From a virus (Duplodnaviria > Caudoviricetes): DNA of 62,795 nucleotides. Position 1 is the first letter of the stretch. Each line of letters starts with the position of its first letter. The stretch is from IMG/VR virus record IMGVR_UViG_3300027754_000090, positions 1-62,795 of that record. The stretch is one strand, 5' to 3'. The position numbers were made by a program, and so were the translations under genes. Below, piece after piece: positions 10,104 through 19,839 of the stretch. A model generated the notes under the pieces. The model was given only the letters and a program-made list of their open reading frames with translations, was not told the origin of the DNA and ran no database searches.

Positions 10104-10991
10104 ATGAAACTTGATGATCTACAGTCACCCATGAATTCAGTTCAGCTGGCACAACTCTTAAAGAAGCATCACGGAATTCAGTTGCCAGTTGCTCAGCTAA
10201 CACCAGCCCGGGCACAGGGTATGCTGGAATCAGTGCAAACTCAACTGAATCAGTATCGCAACAGCAAATCTGCTCACCTTGCTGAGCAGGACAGCAACTA
10301 CACTGCCATGATGTTGGTGGAGCAGACACTGCGTGCTCGTGTTACTGAATACACTGAACCTTTGACTAGAAAAATTTCCAGATGGGGTCAGTCCGTAGCC
10401 AGTGCCATCAGCCCCGGAACTGGTGAAGCTTGGAGAAATTACACTGATAGCGACAGCTCTGCGGCCAGCTTAGCAAAGCGGATGCTTAGCGGAGCTAACA
10501 CAGGTGTGGAAGCAGCAAATTGGGCAGCAAGAAAACTCAAGAAAAGACCTAAACCCACCAAGGTCATGGAAAGCGCCATGGGCGAAGCCGAAGTGATACT
10601 GGCAGCCAAGGACCTGGCTGATCGTGTGCAGGATATGGTGGAAACACTGGGCAAGATGATCAATGAAGAGCTGCCCGCACTGACTGAAACTATCCGTGAC
10701 ACCATGGAAGCAACTCAGGCTGACACCTACAACACCAGCGCACTGGAAAGCCTCAATGCCACACTGGAAGCAGTGCGTGGCAGCAAAGAGTCACTGGATG
10801 TGGCAGCACGTTCACTGGCTGGCGAAGAACCCGCAGCGCCGGTTGATGCTGGCACCGATGAGTTTAGTGGTGATGTTACTGAACCAGAGCTGGGTGCAGA
10901 AGACACTGGTGAAGTTGCTGACGAACTCATGAATACTCCCGCAGTGGCCAGTGGTGGTAAAAAACAACCCCTGGGCCGTGGCAAGAGATAG
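10104..10991 (+). CDS. Acidic helical protein, possible prohead core/scaffold
   Basis: Late promoter GCTAAATA; acidic, coiled-coil rich; GRGKR C-terminus. Confidence 0.5.
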   Translation: MKLDDLQSPMNSVQLAQLLKKHHGIQLPVAQLTPARAQGMLESVQTQLNQYRNSKSAHLAEQDSNYTAMMLVEQTLRARVTEYTEPLTRKISRWGQSVASAISPGTGEAWRNYTDSDSSAASLAKRMLSGANTGVEAANWAARKLKKRPKPTKVMESAMGEAEVILAAKDLADRVQDMVETLGKMINEELPALTETIRDTMEATQADTYNTSALESLNATLEAVRGSKESLDVAARSLAGEEPAAPVDAGTDEFSGDVTEPELGAEDTGEVADELMNTPAVASGGKKQPLGRGKR

Positions 10992-10998
10992 GTAACCA

Positions 10999-11562
10999 AT
11001 GCCGTCATTTAAACCTGATCCCAGAATTCAAAATCAAATTCTCACCCTACTGAGTCTGTGGGTTGACAAAGTGGAATCATCGGCTAATCTGGATGAAGAT
11101 CGCAGCAGATTACTCCAGCCCACCATGCCCACTAAAACATTTCTGCAAATGTTGAATAACGTGAGTGGAAACAGACTGAGTTATGAAACACTGGCTCAGT
11201 ATATACAGAATATACCGGCTATCAGTGCATTGGTGGATCCTGCCAACACCAATAAAAACACTATTGCTGTGCTGGATCCTAATGCAGAGCCCATGGCTGA
11301 CATGGGAACAGATCAACCAGCAGATGAACTAGCTGCTGAGCAGCCAGCACCTGATCTAGTTGCTGAACCACCAGCTGATGACATGGGCACCGAGCCCATG
11401 CCTGCGCCACCAGCAATGCCAGCACCTGCTGAGCCAGTCATGCCTGCACCTGCTGAGCCAGTCATGCCTGCACCTGCTGAGCCAGTCATGACTGCTGGGC
11501 CAGATCGTGCGAGTATTGTGGCACAGATGGCCAAGCGAGCACGTGACCGCGCACGCCGGTAG
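10999..11562 (+). CDS. Hypothetical protein with PAPAEPVM repeats
   Basis: ORF with 24-bp tandem repeats near 11420-11495. Confidence 0.6.
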   Translation: MPSFKPDPRIQNQILTLLSLWVDKVESSANLDEDRSRLLQPTMPTKTFLQMLNNVSGNRLSYETLAQYIQNIPAISALVDPANTNKNTIAVLDPNAEPMADMGTDQPADELAAEQPAPDLVAEPPADDMGTEPMPAPPAMPAPAEPVMPAPAEPVMPAPAEPVMTAGPDRASIVAQMAKRARDRARR

Positions 11563-11604
11563 TAGTAAAATGTGCTATACTATATGTATAGTTAATATAT
11601 ATAC

Positions 11605-12282
11605 ATGATTACTCCCAGATTTCCCTATCAGAAACTCAGCCGCGAAACCTTGGAAGGCAGCAGAAAGTACGCTCTGCCTGATGGTCAGCGAGTCTCCAGT
11701 GTAACCACTATTCTGGAAGCCACCAAGAGTGCAGAAAGCAAACAAGCACTGGATAATTGGAGAAAAAGAGTGGGTGCTCAGCAAGCTCAGCAAATCACCA
11801 CAGAAGCAGCCAGTCGTGGAACCAGAATGCACAAGTGGCTGGAAAATTATATGTGTGATGACGCCATGGGCGAACCTGGCAGCAATCCCTATAGCCAGCA
11901 AAGCTATAAAATGGCATCAGGCATCGTTGAGAACTTTCTAACTCCCAATGTCACTGAAATCTACGGTACAGAAGTCAGCTTGTATTATCCAGGACTATAT
12001 GCTGGTACCACGGACTGTGTAGCTAACTGGCAAGGTGAAGTCAGCATACTGGATTTCAAGCAAACCAACAAGCCCAAAAAAACCGAGTGGGTTCAGGATT
12101 ACTTTCTGCAATTGTGTGCCTATGCACTAGCCCATAATGAGGTTTATGACACAAATATCAGTCAGGGAGTAATTCTAATGTGCAGTCAGGAGTATGAACT
12201 ACAGCACTGGGTGATTGCTGGGGCAGAATTTGAGGCACATACTCAAAAATGGATCCAGCGAGTCGACGATTTTTATCGCTAA
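11605..12282 (+). CDS. PD-(D/E)xK exonuclease (Cas4/lambda-exo-like phage exonuclease)
   Basis: SVTTIL, RGTRMH, YAGTTDC...ILDFK, YFLQLCAYA motifs. Confidence 0.85.
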   Translation: MITPRFPYQKLSRETLEGSRKYALPDGQRVSSVTTILEATKSAESKQALDNWRKRVGAQQAQQITTEAASRGTRMHKWLENYMCDDAMGEPGSNPYSQQSYKMASGIVENFLTPNVTEIYGTEVSLYYPGLYAGTTDCVANWQGEVSILDFKQTNKPKKTEWVQDYFLQLCAYALAHNEVYDTNISQGVILMCSQEYELQHWVIAGAEFEAHTQKWIQRVDDFYR

Positions 12283-12305
12283 ATACCTGACAACAGGAAC
12301 TCATC

Positions 12306-12803
12306 ATGGCTATAACACAAATCAGTAAGATCACGGTACGCAAAGGGCGCAAAGAAAATTTACCACAACTAGCTGCTGGTGAGCTGGGCTGGGCGGTGGA
12401 CACTCAGCAATTGTATATCGGCAATGGCTCACTGAGTGATGGAGCACCAGCCGCAGGCAATACCGAAGTGCTCACTGAGCACAGTGCCACGCCATTGAAC
12501 AATGGCTATTCCAGTGCCACACTCGCAGCTAGTGTGTCAGTAGCCACACCTTTTTATCAGTTTGCCTGGGCTGACCACCCAGTGGGAGTACTGAAGTTCA
12601 GTGTGCGACGTGGTAGTGACTATCAGTTGAATGAGGTTATATTTGCTTATAATGGTGGCACGGTCAACATTACCACACGGCAAGTGGGACTCACCAGCAA
12701 CGTCACTGTTACCGCAGTAGTGAGCACAAATTTTATTGTGTTTAAATATGTTAACAGCGGCGCAGCAGCCACGATAAATTTCAAGAGAGAAGATTACCTC
12801 TAA
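12306..12803 (+). CDS. Virion structural protein (Mtd/hyaluronidase N-terminal-like motif)
   Basis: LAAGELGWAVDTQQLYIGNG motif. Confidence 0.65.
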   Translation: MAITQISKITVRKGRKENLPQLAAGELGWAVDTQQLYIGNGSLSDGAPAAGNTEVLTEHSATPLNNGYSSATLAASVSVATPFYQFAWADHPVGVLKFSVRRGSDYQLNEVIFAYNGGTVNITTRQVGLTSNVTVTAVVSTNFIVFKYVNSGAAATINFKREDYL

Positions 12804-12807
12804 CCTC

Positions 12808-13251
12808 ATGAATTGGTATCAACCACTGGACAAACGCATTCTGGAGTGGCGTCGCTGGAGATTACAATTACCTGAAGACATCCCAGCAGCCATGCTGGAA
12901 ATACAGGAGTTCTGGCACACCGCTCCTATCAAGAAAGTCACCAATCTCACAGACGATCAGGCCATGTGGCCCTCGCCCTGGGCGTTGTTTGACACCCATA
13001 GTTACTGTGGTCATCTCAGAGCACTGGGCATGTTTTACACCCTGTGCATGGTGCCCAGATTTCGTCAGTTAAATCCTGAAATCTGGATCTTATACAACAC
13101 TGTGGGCGAACGCATGGTTATAGCTGTGGCGGATCAGGGAAAATATGTGCTTAATTTCCATCCGCATCAGGTGGTAAATATCCAGTCAGTTACTGCTGAG
13201 CCTCAGCAGATCATCAAGTTTTACCCAGAAGATTTTAAAAAATTGGAATAA
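12808..13251 (+). CDS. Hypothetical protein
   Basis: 147-aa ORF tightly packed between neighbours. Confidence 0.6.
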   Translation: MNWYQPLDKRILEWRRWRLQLPEDIPAAMLEIQEFWHTAPIKKVTNLTDDQAMWPSPWALFDTHSYCGHLRALGMFYTLCMVPRFRQLNPEIWILYNTVGERMVIAVADQGKYVLNFHPHQVVNIQSVTAEPQQIIKFYPEDFKKLE

Positions 13252-13254
13252 CAT

Positions 13255-14337
13255 ATGAGTCAAGTTACCGTTATCAAACGCAAGGGCGCAAAAGCGCCGT
13301 TGGATCTAGAGAAGTTGCATCGTGTGGTATTTTGGGCATGTGAAGGTATCACTGGCGTGAGCCCTAGTGAAGTGGAAATCCGCAGCAGCTTGCAATTTTA
13401 CGATGGCATCAAGACCACCAATATCCAGGAGACACTGATCAAAAGTGCTGCGGATTTAATCAGTGAAGATTCGCCCAACTATCAGTATGTGGCCGGCAGG
13501 TTGATCAGCTATCACCTCAGAAAAGAAGTCTATGGTGACTATAAACCCTGGCACATCAAGCGGTTGGTGGATCAGAATGTGGAACTGGGCCTGTATGATA
13601 CTGAAATTTCCACAGCCTACACTGATGCCGAATGGGATAAGATCAACAGCATGATCCGCCATGATCGTGACAGTGAACTGACTTATGTGGGCATGGAGCA
13701 GATGCGTGGCAAGTACCTGGTACAGAATCGTGTCACTGGCAGCATTTATGAGACACCACAAGTATGTTATATTCTCATAGCAGCCACCTTGTTTCAGAAG
13801 TATCCAGCTGAGACTCGCCTACACTGGGTCAAAGAATACTACGAAGCCATTAGCACTCACCTGATCAGCCTGCCCACGCCAGTGATGGCTGGAGTCAGAA
13901 CACCACAGCGACAGTTCAGCAGTTGCGTGTTGATCGAGACTGGTGACAGCCTGGACAGCATCAATGCCACCAGCAGTGCCATTGTGAAATACGTAAGTCA
14001 AAAAGCTGGCATTGGCATCGGTGGTGGTAGGATTCGTGCGTTGAACTCGCCTATTCGCCGTGGTGATGCGTATCATACTGGTGTGATTCCGTTCTACAAA
14101 TTGTTTCAGAGTGCGGTTAAAAGTTGTAGCCAAGGGGGAGTAAGATCTGGTTGTGTGCATATTGATTCATACGTGAACAAGTTAACAGGATTTGAATTTT
14201 GTGGTGAAGAATATCATAGCGGGGAAATTATAGAAAAAGATGGCAAGGAGATAAATATTGATGAAGTATTAGCTATACTAGCCTATCTAATAGATGACGA
14301 TGAACGAGAAACATACTTGCAAACTTTGCTCAAGTGA
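13255..14337 (+). CDS. nrdA: Ribonucleotide reductase class Ia alpha, N-terminal part plus N-intein
   Basis: ATP-cone start (VIKRKG), PTPVMAG, QFSSCVL, SCSQGGVRSG, then intein block A CVHIDSYV from 14152. Confidence 0.93.
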   Translation: MSQVTVIKRKGAKAPLDLEKLHRVVFWACEGITGVSPSEVEIRSSLQFYDGIKTTNIQETLIKSAADLISEDSPNYQYVAGRLISYHLRKEVYGDYKPWHIKRLVDQNVELGLYDTEISTAYTDAEWDKINSMIRHDRDSELTYVGMEQMRGKYLVQNRVTGSIYETPQVCYILIAATLFQKYPAETRLHWVKEYYEAISTHLISLPTPVMAGVRTPQRQFSSCVLIETGDSLDSINATSSAIVKYVSQKAGIGIGGGRIRALNSPIRRGDAYHTGVIPFYKLFQSAVKSCSQGGVRSGCVHIDSYVNKLTGFEFCGEEYHSGEIIEKDGKEINIDEVLAILAYLIDDDERETYLQTLLK

Positions 14338-15204
14338 AATATCACAATTGCAAAGACATTTGACTATTAAACACCACGGCATACTGTTGGTGGAATATTT
14401 AGAAAAATTCAATTGCGGTGCAGAGTAGTCATAAAAATGGAAAGATTGTTCGTGAATTCAGTTATGACGATTTTAAATCGTATAGTTCTGCTGTGTTCAC
14501 TGCTACTAAGTTGGCAATATCATTGTATGGTGATGAAATTGATAGCCCGAATAGAGAAATTTTAGGAAAAGTACATGCTAGTCAGGGTTTCGCACTAAAT
14601 CATAAATATTCTAAATATGGCGGATTCGTGAACAAGGTGCATCCACTATTATTGGGATCAAAGCAGAACTTACAACTGATTTCCAAAGCAGACAACCAAA
14701 GAAAAGGTCAATATTGTTACATAACACTTGACGAATTAAGAACATACGGTACTATTCTCCATGATCAAAGCATATCAAAACAATTTAAGGACAGAGTAAG
14801 TGAAATTTTTATCGAAAAACGTTAAGATAAGTGAAGTAGACATCGGTGATTTCGTACTAGCATGTAACATCAAAACGCAAACTGACGTATATAGAAGTGT
14901 CCTAAACACCATGCGTCCTGTTGTGGAATCCCATGATCAAGTGGAAATTATTGCCGAAAACGGAGCTACGCTGGTTACGAGTACCACACATCCTACTGCG
15001 ATTAATGATGGTTCTGAAATCAAGTATGTTAAGGGTGGCGACATAACAACAGACGATTATGTAGTTTCTATCCAAAACAAAAAAATAAAAGTAAGGACTG
15101 TCAACAAACCAAATGTTAACACCCAGTATGCGGATTTTAGTATAGACGAACATGAAAATTACTATGCCGGTAGAGATCCAAACAACTTATTATTAGCACA
15201 TAAT
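14152..15204 (+). mobile_element. Split intein locus: IntN 14152-14337, decayed endonuclease, IntC 14800-15204
   Basis: Cys1 follows VRSG. IntC has TSTTHP (block B), DFSIDEHENYYA (block F) and AHN/S (block G). The region is AT-rich relative to its flanks. Confidence 0.9.
14294..14825 (+). pseudogene. Frameshifted Zn-finger/HNH-type homing endonuclease
   Basis: 14294-14428 encodes CKLC...RHLTIKH then stops. The +1 frame to 14825 encodes LNHKYS...GF...NLQLI...N.RK (HNH-like, DH changed to NH). Confidence 0.65.
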
Positions 15205-16581
15205 AGTGCTACACTGTATTACCCCATCTGGCACCTGGAAGTGGAAGACCTGCTGGTGCTGAAGAACAACAAGGGCACTGAAGATAATCGCATTCGTCAC
15301 ATGGATTATGGTGTGCAATTCAACAAACTGATGTATGAGCGGTTACTGGGTGGTGGCAATATCACATTGTTCAGTCCCAGTGATGTGCCAGGGCTGTATG
15401 ATGCTTTCTTTGCTGATACTGACCAGTTCACTAAATTGTATGAAGCTGCTGAGGCCAATCCAGCAATTCGCAAGAAGACCATCAAAGCCGCAGATCTGTT
15501 CAGCCAGTTTGCGCAGGAACGCAAGGATACTGGCCGCATCTATCTACAGAATGTGGATCATGCCAATAGCCATAGCCCGTTTAAGTCTGACATTGCTCCT
15601 ATTCGCCAAAGTAATTTGTGCGCCGAGATAGACCTCCCCACCAAACCACTGAACGAAGTCAATGATCCTGATGGTGAAATCGCACTGTGTACCCTGTCAG
15701 CCATCAACTGGGGCATGATACTGGACCCTGCTGACTTTGCCAAACCCTGTGAACTGGCAGTGCGTGGTCTGGATGCCCTGCTGACATACCAGCATTATCC
15801 AGTACCAGCGGCCAAAAACAGCACTGATTTATACCGCCCACTGGGTATTGGCATCATCAATTTCGCCTACTGGCTAGCCAAGAACGGGTATACTTATACC
15901 AACAGTACCTGTTTACCAGCCGTGGATGAATACATGGAAGCCATGAGTTATTATCTGATCAAAACCAGCATAACACTGGCCCAGGAATTTGGGCCCTGCG
16001 CTGGCTGGCAAAATCTTAAATATGCTGATGGTGTGTTGCCAGTGGATACTCGCAAATCCGATGTGGATGATCTGGTACCCTATACCGAGAGAATGCCCTG
16101 GGACCTGCTGAGGAATCAGGTGGTTAAAACTGGCATTCGCAATGCCACGCTGATGGCACTGATGCCCAGTGAAACCAGTAGTCAGGTCAGCAACAGCACC
16201 AATGGTATCGAACCAGTGCGCAGTCTGATCACTACTAAGCAGAGCAAGCATGGTGTGCTGAAGCAGGTGGTTCCAGAGTTCCGCAAGCTCAAGAACAAAT
16301 ACGAGTTACTGTGGAATCAACGCAGTCCCGAAGGATATTTGCGCATCTGTGCGGTGTTACAGAAATGGGTAGACCAGGGTATCAGCGTAAACACCAGTTA
16401 TAACCCGCGTTTTTATGCTGAGGAAAAGATCCCCATGAGTGAGATGTTGAAGCATATCCTAATGTTTTACAAGCTGGGTGGCAAACAACTCTACTACAAT
16501 CAAACAAATGATAACCAGGGCGAGATCAATATGGACAAGATAACTGATCCGGTTGACGCCTGTGACAGTTGTGTTTTATAA
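14800..16581 (+). CDS. nrdA: C-intein plus ribonucleotide reductase alpha C-terminal part
   Basis: GTG start with AAGGA RBS. After HN comes SATLYYPIWHLEVEDLL, then SNLCAEI, PSETSSQ, LYY and C-terminal CDSC. Confidence 0.93.
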   Translation: MKFLSKNVKISEVDIGDFVLACNIKTQTDVYRSVLNTMRPVVESHDQVEIIAENGATLVTSTTHPTAINDGSEIKYVKGGDITTDDYVVSIQNKKIKVRTVNKPNVNTQYADFSIDEHENYYAGRDPNNLLLAHNSATLYYPIWHLEVEDLLVLKNNKGTEDNRIRHMDYGVQFNKLMYERLLGGGNITLFSPSDVPGLYDAFFADTDQFTKLYEAAEANPAIRKKTIKAADLFSQFAQERKDTGRIYLQNVDHANSHSPFKSDIAPIRQSNLCAEIDLPTKPLNEVNDPDGEIALCTLSAINWGMILDPADFAKPCELAVRGLDALLTYQHYPVPAAKNSTDLYRPLGIGIINFAYWLAKNGYTYTNSTCLPAVDEYMEAMSYYLIKTSITLAQEFGPCAGWQNLKYADGVLPVDTRKSDVDDLVPYTERMPWDLLRNQVVKTGIRNATLMALMPSETSSQVSNSTNGIEPVRSLITTKQSKHGVLKQVVPEFRKLKNKYELLWNQRSPEGYLRICAVLQKWVDQGISVNTSYNPRFYAEEKIPMSEMLKHILMFYKLGGKQLYYNQTNDNQGEINMDKITDPVDACDSCVL

Positions 16582-16598
16582 TAGTTAAGGGTAGGTAA

Positions 16599-17729
16599 AT
16601 GCAATCAGTTTTCAATCAACAGGTATCAGACCATCTGACCGCCAAGGCATTTCTAGATACATCTGGTAGTTTAGGTATGCAGCGTTATGACACGCTGAAA
16701 TACAAGCAATTTGATAAATTAACTGACAAACAGTTGGGATTTTTTTGGCGTCCCGACGAAGTAGATATTAACAAAGACAGCAAGGACTTTAAAGACCTTA
16801 CTGAACACGAGAAGCACATTTTCACCAGCAATCTCAAACGGCAGATACTGCTGGATAGTGTGCAAGGTCGCAGTCCCAGCTTGGCATTTCTACCCATCGT
16901 GACTCTGCCAGAGATCGAAGCTTGGATTCAGACCTGGAGCTTCAATGAGACCATTCATAGCCGCAGCTATACTCACATCATTCGCAATGTGTATCATGAC
17001 CCAAGTAAAGTATTTGATGAGATCATGAACATTGCTGAGATTGTGGATTGCGCCAATGAAATTACCAAGAACTACGATGATCTGCTGACACAGACTCAGT
17101 GGTATAATCTACTGGGTGCTGGGGTCCACACAGTCAATGGCAAGGAAATCACTGTGTCATTGTATGAGCTCAAGCGTCTGCTGTGGCTTAGTATGATGAG
17201 CGTGAATGTGCTGGAAGGGCTGCGATTCTATGTGAGCTTTGCTTGCAGCTGGGCGTTCGCCGAGGTCAAGAAGATGGAAGGCAACGCCAAGATCATCAAA
17301 CTGATCTGCCGTGATGAGAATGTGCATTTGGCTGGCACGCAGGCTCTGCTGAAACTATTGCCCAAAGACGACCCGGATTTTGAGACCATTCGCGCTGACA
17401 CGCAGGCTGAATGTATTCAGTTATTCAAAGACGCAGCAGCTCAGGAAAAGGCCTGGGCTCATTATCTGTTCAAAGATGGCAGCATGATTGGCCTCAACGA
17501 GTCTCTGCTGTGTGATTATGTAGATTATATCTGTGCCAAGCGTATGGCATCAGTAGGCTTGCAGTGTGATTGGCGCGTACCCAGCAGCAATCCCCTGCCC
17601 TGGACTAATAAATGGATTGCTGGCAGTGAAGTTCAGGTGGCTCCCCAGGAAACTGAAATTAGCTCCTACACTATTGGCGCAGTAAAGCAGGATTTAGACG
17701 ACAACTCATTTAAAGGATTTAGCTTATGA
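16599..17729 (+). CDS. nrdB: Ribonucleotide reductase class Ia beta subunit
   Basis: FFWRPDEV, ETIHSRSY, EGLRFYVSF, RDENVH, VAPQETE. Confidence 0.95.
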   Translation: MQSVFNQQVSDHLTAKAFLDTSGSLGMQRYDTLKYKQFDKLTDKQLGFFWRPDEVDINKDSKDFKDLTEHEKHIFTSNLKRQILLDSVQGRSPSLAFLPIVTLPEIEAWIQTWSFNETIHSRSYTHIIRNVYHDPSKVFDEIMNIAEIVDCANEITKNYDDLLTQTQWYNLLGAGVHTVNGKEITVSLYELKRLLWLSMMSVNVLEGLRFYVSFACSWAFAEVKKMEGNAKIIKLICRDENVHLAGTQALLKLLPKDDPDFETIRADTQAECIQLFKDAAAQEKAWAHYLFKDGSMIGLNESLLCDYVDYICAKRMASVGLQCDWRVPSSNPLPWTNKWIAGSEVQVAPQETEISSYTIGAVKQDLDDNSFKGFSL

Positions 17730-17983
17730 AAACATTAACAGTATATTCCACACCCAATTGTACACACTGCCAGCAGGCAAAGCAGTATCTAACTGAATTG
17801 TCTGTGCCTTTCAACGAAATAAATCTGCACGATGATGTTGCCAGCTTGGAGTTCATTAAACAGCAAGGACATCGCAGTGTGCCTCAGATCTATATGGGCA
17901 GCACACAGTTTGTTTCGGGATGGACTGAGTTGCAGAATATGTCACTGCCACGAATCCAGGAACGCATGAGAATCCAGGGATAA
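17726..17983 (+). CDS. Glutaredoxin
   Basis: CTHC active site and SVPQI; follows nrdB. Confidence 0.9.
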   Translation: MKTLTVYSTPNCTHCQQAKQYLTELSVPFNEINLHDDVASLEFIKQQGHRSVPQIYMGSTQFVSGWTELQNMSLPRIQERMRIQG

Positions 17984-17991
17984 ATATCAAT

Positions 17992-18294
17992 ATGCCTTAT
18001 CAATCAAATGACATTGTTACACTCAAGCTGGTCAGCGGCGAAGAAATTGTAACCCGATTTCTATCAGAAACCGCTGATGAATATGCAGTATACAAACCAC
18101 TGTCACTGATGCAAGGCCCTCAGGGCATGGCACTGATGCAGAGTTTAATGAGTGGTCGGCCAGATCGCGAAATCATTATTCGTAAATCCGCTGTGGCTAT
18201 GCACGCGGCGTCTCGTGAAGAGATAGTCAGTGCATGGATTGAAGGCACATCAGGACTGAAAACTCCGGGCAAAAGCTCATTGTTGATGGGATAA
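17992..18294 (+). CDS. Small Sm-like beta protein, conserved phage hypothetical
   Basis: IVTLKLVSGEEIV motif; TAAATA-N5-ATG. Confidence 0.65.
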   Translation: MPYQSNDIVTLKLVSGEEIVTRFLSETADEYAVYKPLSLMQGPQGMALMQSLMSGRPDREIIIRKSAVAMHAASREEIVSAWIEGTSGLKTPGKSSLLMG

Positions 18295-18315
18295 TTCAGC
18301 CCACAAGGCGAAAAT

Positions 18316-18846
18316 ATGAACTTTAAATATATAGTAAACGGTTGGATTTTCGCGGCACTGACACTGATATTGGCTCTGACCACAGTCAGTGACGCTCAAG
18401 GACTAATCCCGTACTGGGTACTTAAAGCAACGCCAACAGACAATCTGGCCAGTCAGGTTAACATGGTAGATTATCGGCAGATACAGTGCGTGAGCACTGC
18501 GATCTACTATGAGAGCCATGGCGAACCCCTGATGGGCCAGATTGCTGTGGCCAGAGTGATTCAGAATCGTGTGAGGCAACACTTCGCTGCCACAGCATGT
18601 GAAGTGGTTACTCAGCGAGCTAATGGTGTCTGCCAGTTCAGCTGGGCTTGTGGATCATATCATCAGGTTACTGCCAAAGAATGCCGCCAGTGCTGGCAGA
18701 TTGCAGTGCAGGTATTTGCACAGCATCAGTATCAGGCATTTATGCCCACTGCGGCTTATTTTCATTCGGTCACGGTTAATCCAGAATGGCACGGTCTGAG
18801 GCGGTCGCTCACTATTGGTCAGCAGCAATTCTACAGCCGCAGATAA
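18316..18846 (+). CDS. SleB/Hydrolase_2-family cell wall hydrolase
   Basis: AIYYESHGEP..GQIAVA.VI.NRV, CQFSW; N-terminal signal/TM segment. Confidence 0.88.
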   Translation: MNFKYIVNGWIFAALTLILALTTVSDAQGLIPYWVLKATPTDNLASQVNMVDYRQIQCVSTAIYYESHGEPLMGQIAVARVIQNRVRQHFAATACEVVTQRANGVCQFSWACGSYHQVTAKECRQCWQIAVQVFAQHQYQAFMPTAAYFHSVTVNPEWHGLRRSLTIGQQQFYSRR

Positions 18847-18873
18847 CAGTGTATAAATACCCAGAGGAACAAT

Positions 18874-19029
18874 ATGCCTGCTTACAGACAGTTTAGAGCC
18901 AATTTTACTATTCCAGGTCAGGTGCTACAACAGATTGTGGTCCAGGCTACTGATGTCAACGCAGCTCGTAAGATCGTGCAGAGTATGTTTCCTCGTGCTG
19001 TGGTTGGTTTGATCGAAGAAGTACGGTGA
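18874..19029 (+). CDS. 51-aa hypothetical protein (below ORF-track cutoff)
   Basis: TATAAATA at 18852, GAGGA RBS, MPAYRQFRANF...IEEVR. Confidence 0.6.
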   Translation: MPAYRQFRANFTIPGQVLQQIVVQATDVNAARKIVQSMFPRAVVGLIEEVR

Positions 19030-19038
19030 CACTGTAAG

Positions 19039-19124
19039 GCCAAGGTCCCATAGTGGTCGATTGGACCAGTTTTGTAAACTGGCAGCGAAAGCTCACGCGG
19101 GTTCGACTCCCGCCCTTGGCTCCA
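19039..19124 (+). tRNA. tRNA-Thr(TGT) with long variable arm
   Basis: GCCAAGG/CCTTGGC acceptor, CCAGT-tttgtaa-ACTGG anticodon arm, AGC-gaaa-GCT V-arm, TTCGA T loop, CCA. Confidence 0.8.
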
Positions 19125-19164
19125 TAACATCATAATGTCCTGACCATTAAGTATCATATGATGG

Positions 19165-19193
19165 TTGACACTGACAATCCTGTTTGCTATACT
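19165..19193 (+). promoter_or_regulatory. Sigma70-type early promoter
   Basis: TTGACA-N17-TATACT with TG extension. Confidence 0.85.
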
Positions 19194-19201
19194 CGTTAAG
19201 T

Positions 19202-19831
19202 ATGAAGATCGCCGCCCGCAAGTGCCCATTCACCGGAAAAATTTTCGAAACTGACCCGCAGTATACTCGGCATCTTGCTGGTGTCCGTGATCAGCAGCGC
19301 CAGCGTCGTGCATGGAAGCATATCGGTGCAGACGGTGACGCTGCTATACTGTGGGCCACACACCATGTCACCAGTGCTGATGAGTTTGATGCCTGGTTCC
19401 GTCAGAGCTGGCCCGCACTGGTTGGTCGTGGATACCGCACCAGATCCCGCGAGGATATTACTTGCAAACAGAAGCAGGATATTGTGGTGCCAAAATTGCT
19501 CAGCTCTGAGCTCAGTATTGGATCATACGGATTTCAGTCCAATAGCCACTGTTGTCCCAGCGGAGGTGTCACAAACTTCCGGGGTGATCCAGCCCTGCCC
19601 CGAGGGTACATGGGATGGGTTGGTCGTGTTAACTATAACTTTGATGACAGCACTGCTGACCACAGGGCCTGTGGCTATGGCATATTTAACAACAGTGCGA
19701 TTCACACTGGCAGTGGCGGCGGGGCCGGATGCAGATACGGATTCGACTTCAAACTCTGGGCTGACGAATGGCCAGCATGGAAGCTGGTTGCAGAGCAGCG
19801 CAGGGTGTGGGATATCATCAGCACGCCATAA
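19202..19831 (+). CDS. Hypothetical protein (leaderless; start revised from 19184)
   Basis: ATG 8 nt after the -10 box; CPFTGKIF, SNSHCCP motifs. Confidence 0.65.
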   Translation: MKIAARKCPFTGKIFETDPQYTRHLAGVRDQQRQRRAWKHIGADGDAAILWATHHVTSADEFDAWFRQSWPALVGRGYRTRSREDITCKQKQDIVVPKLLSSELSIGSYGFQSNSHCCPSGGVTNFRGDPALPRGYMGWVGRVNYNFDDSTADHRACGYGIFNNSAIHTGSGGGAGCRYGFDFKLWADEWPAWKLVAEQRRVWDIISTP

Positions 19832-19839
19832 GGAACCCA

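Noticed and set aside
11605-12282. Cas4 of a CRISPR system
   Set aside because: It lacks the four-Cys Fe-S pattern and there are no cas genes or array. It is a common stand-alone phage exonuclease.
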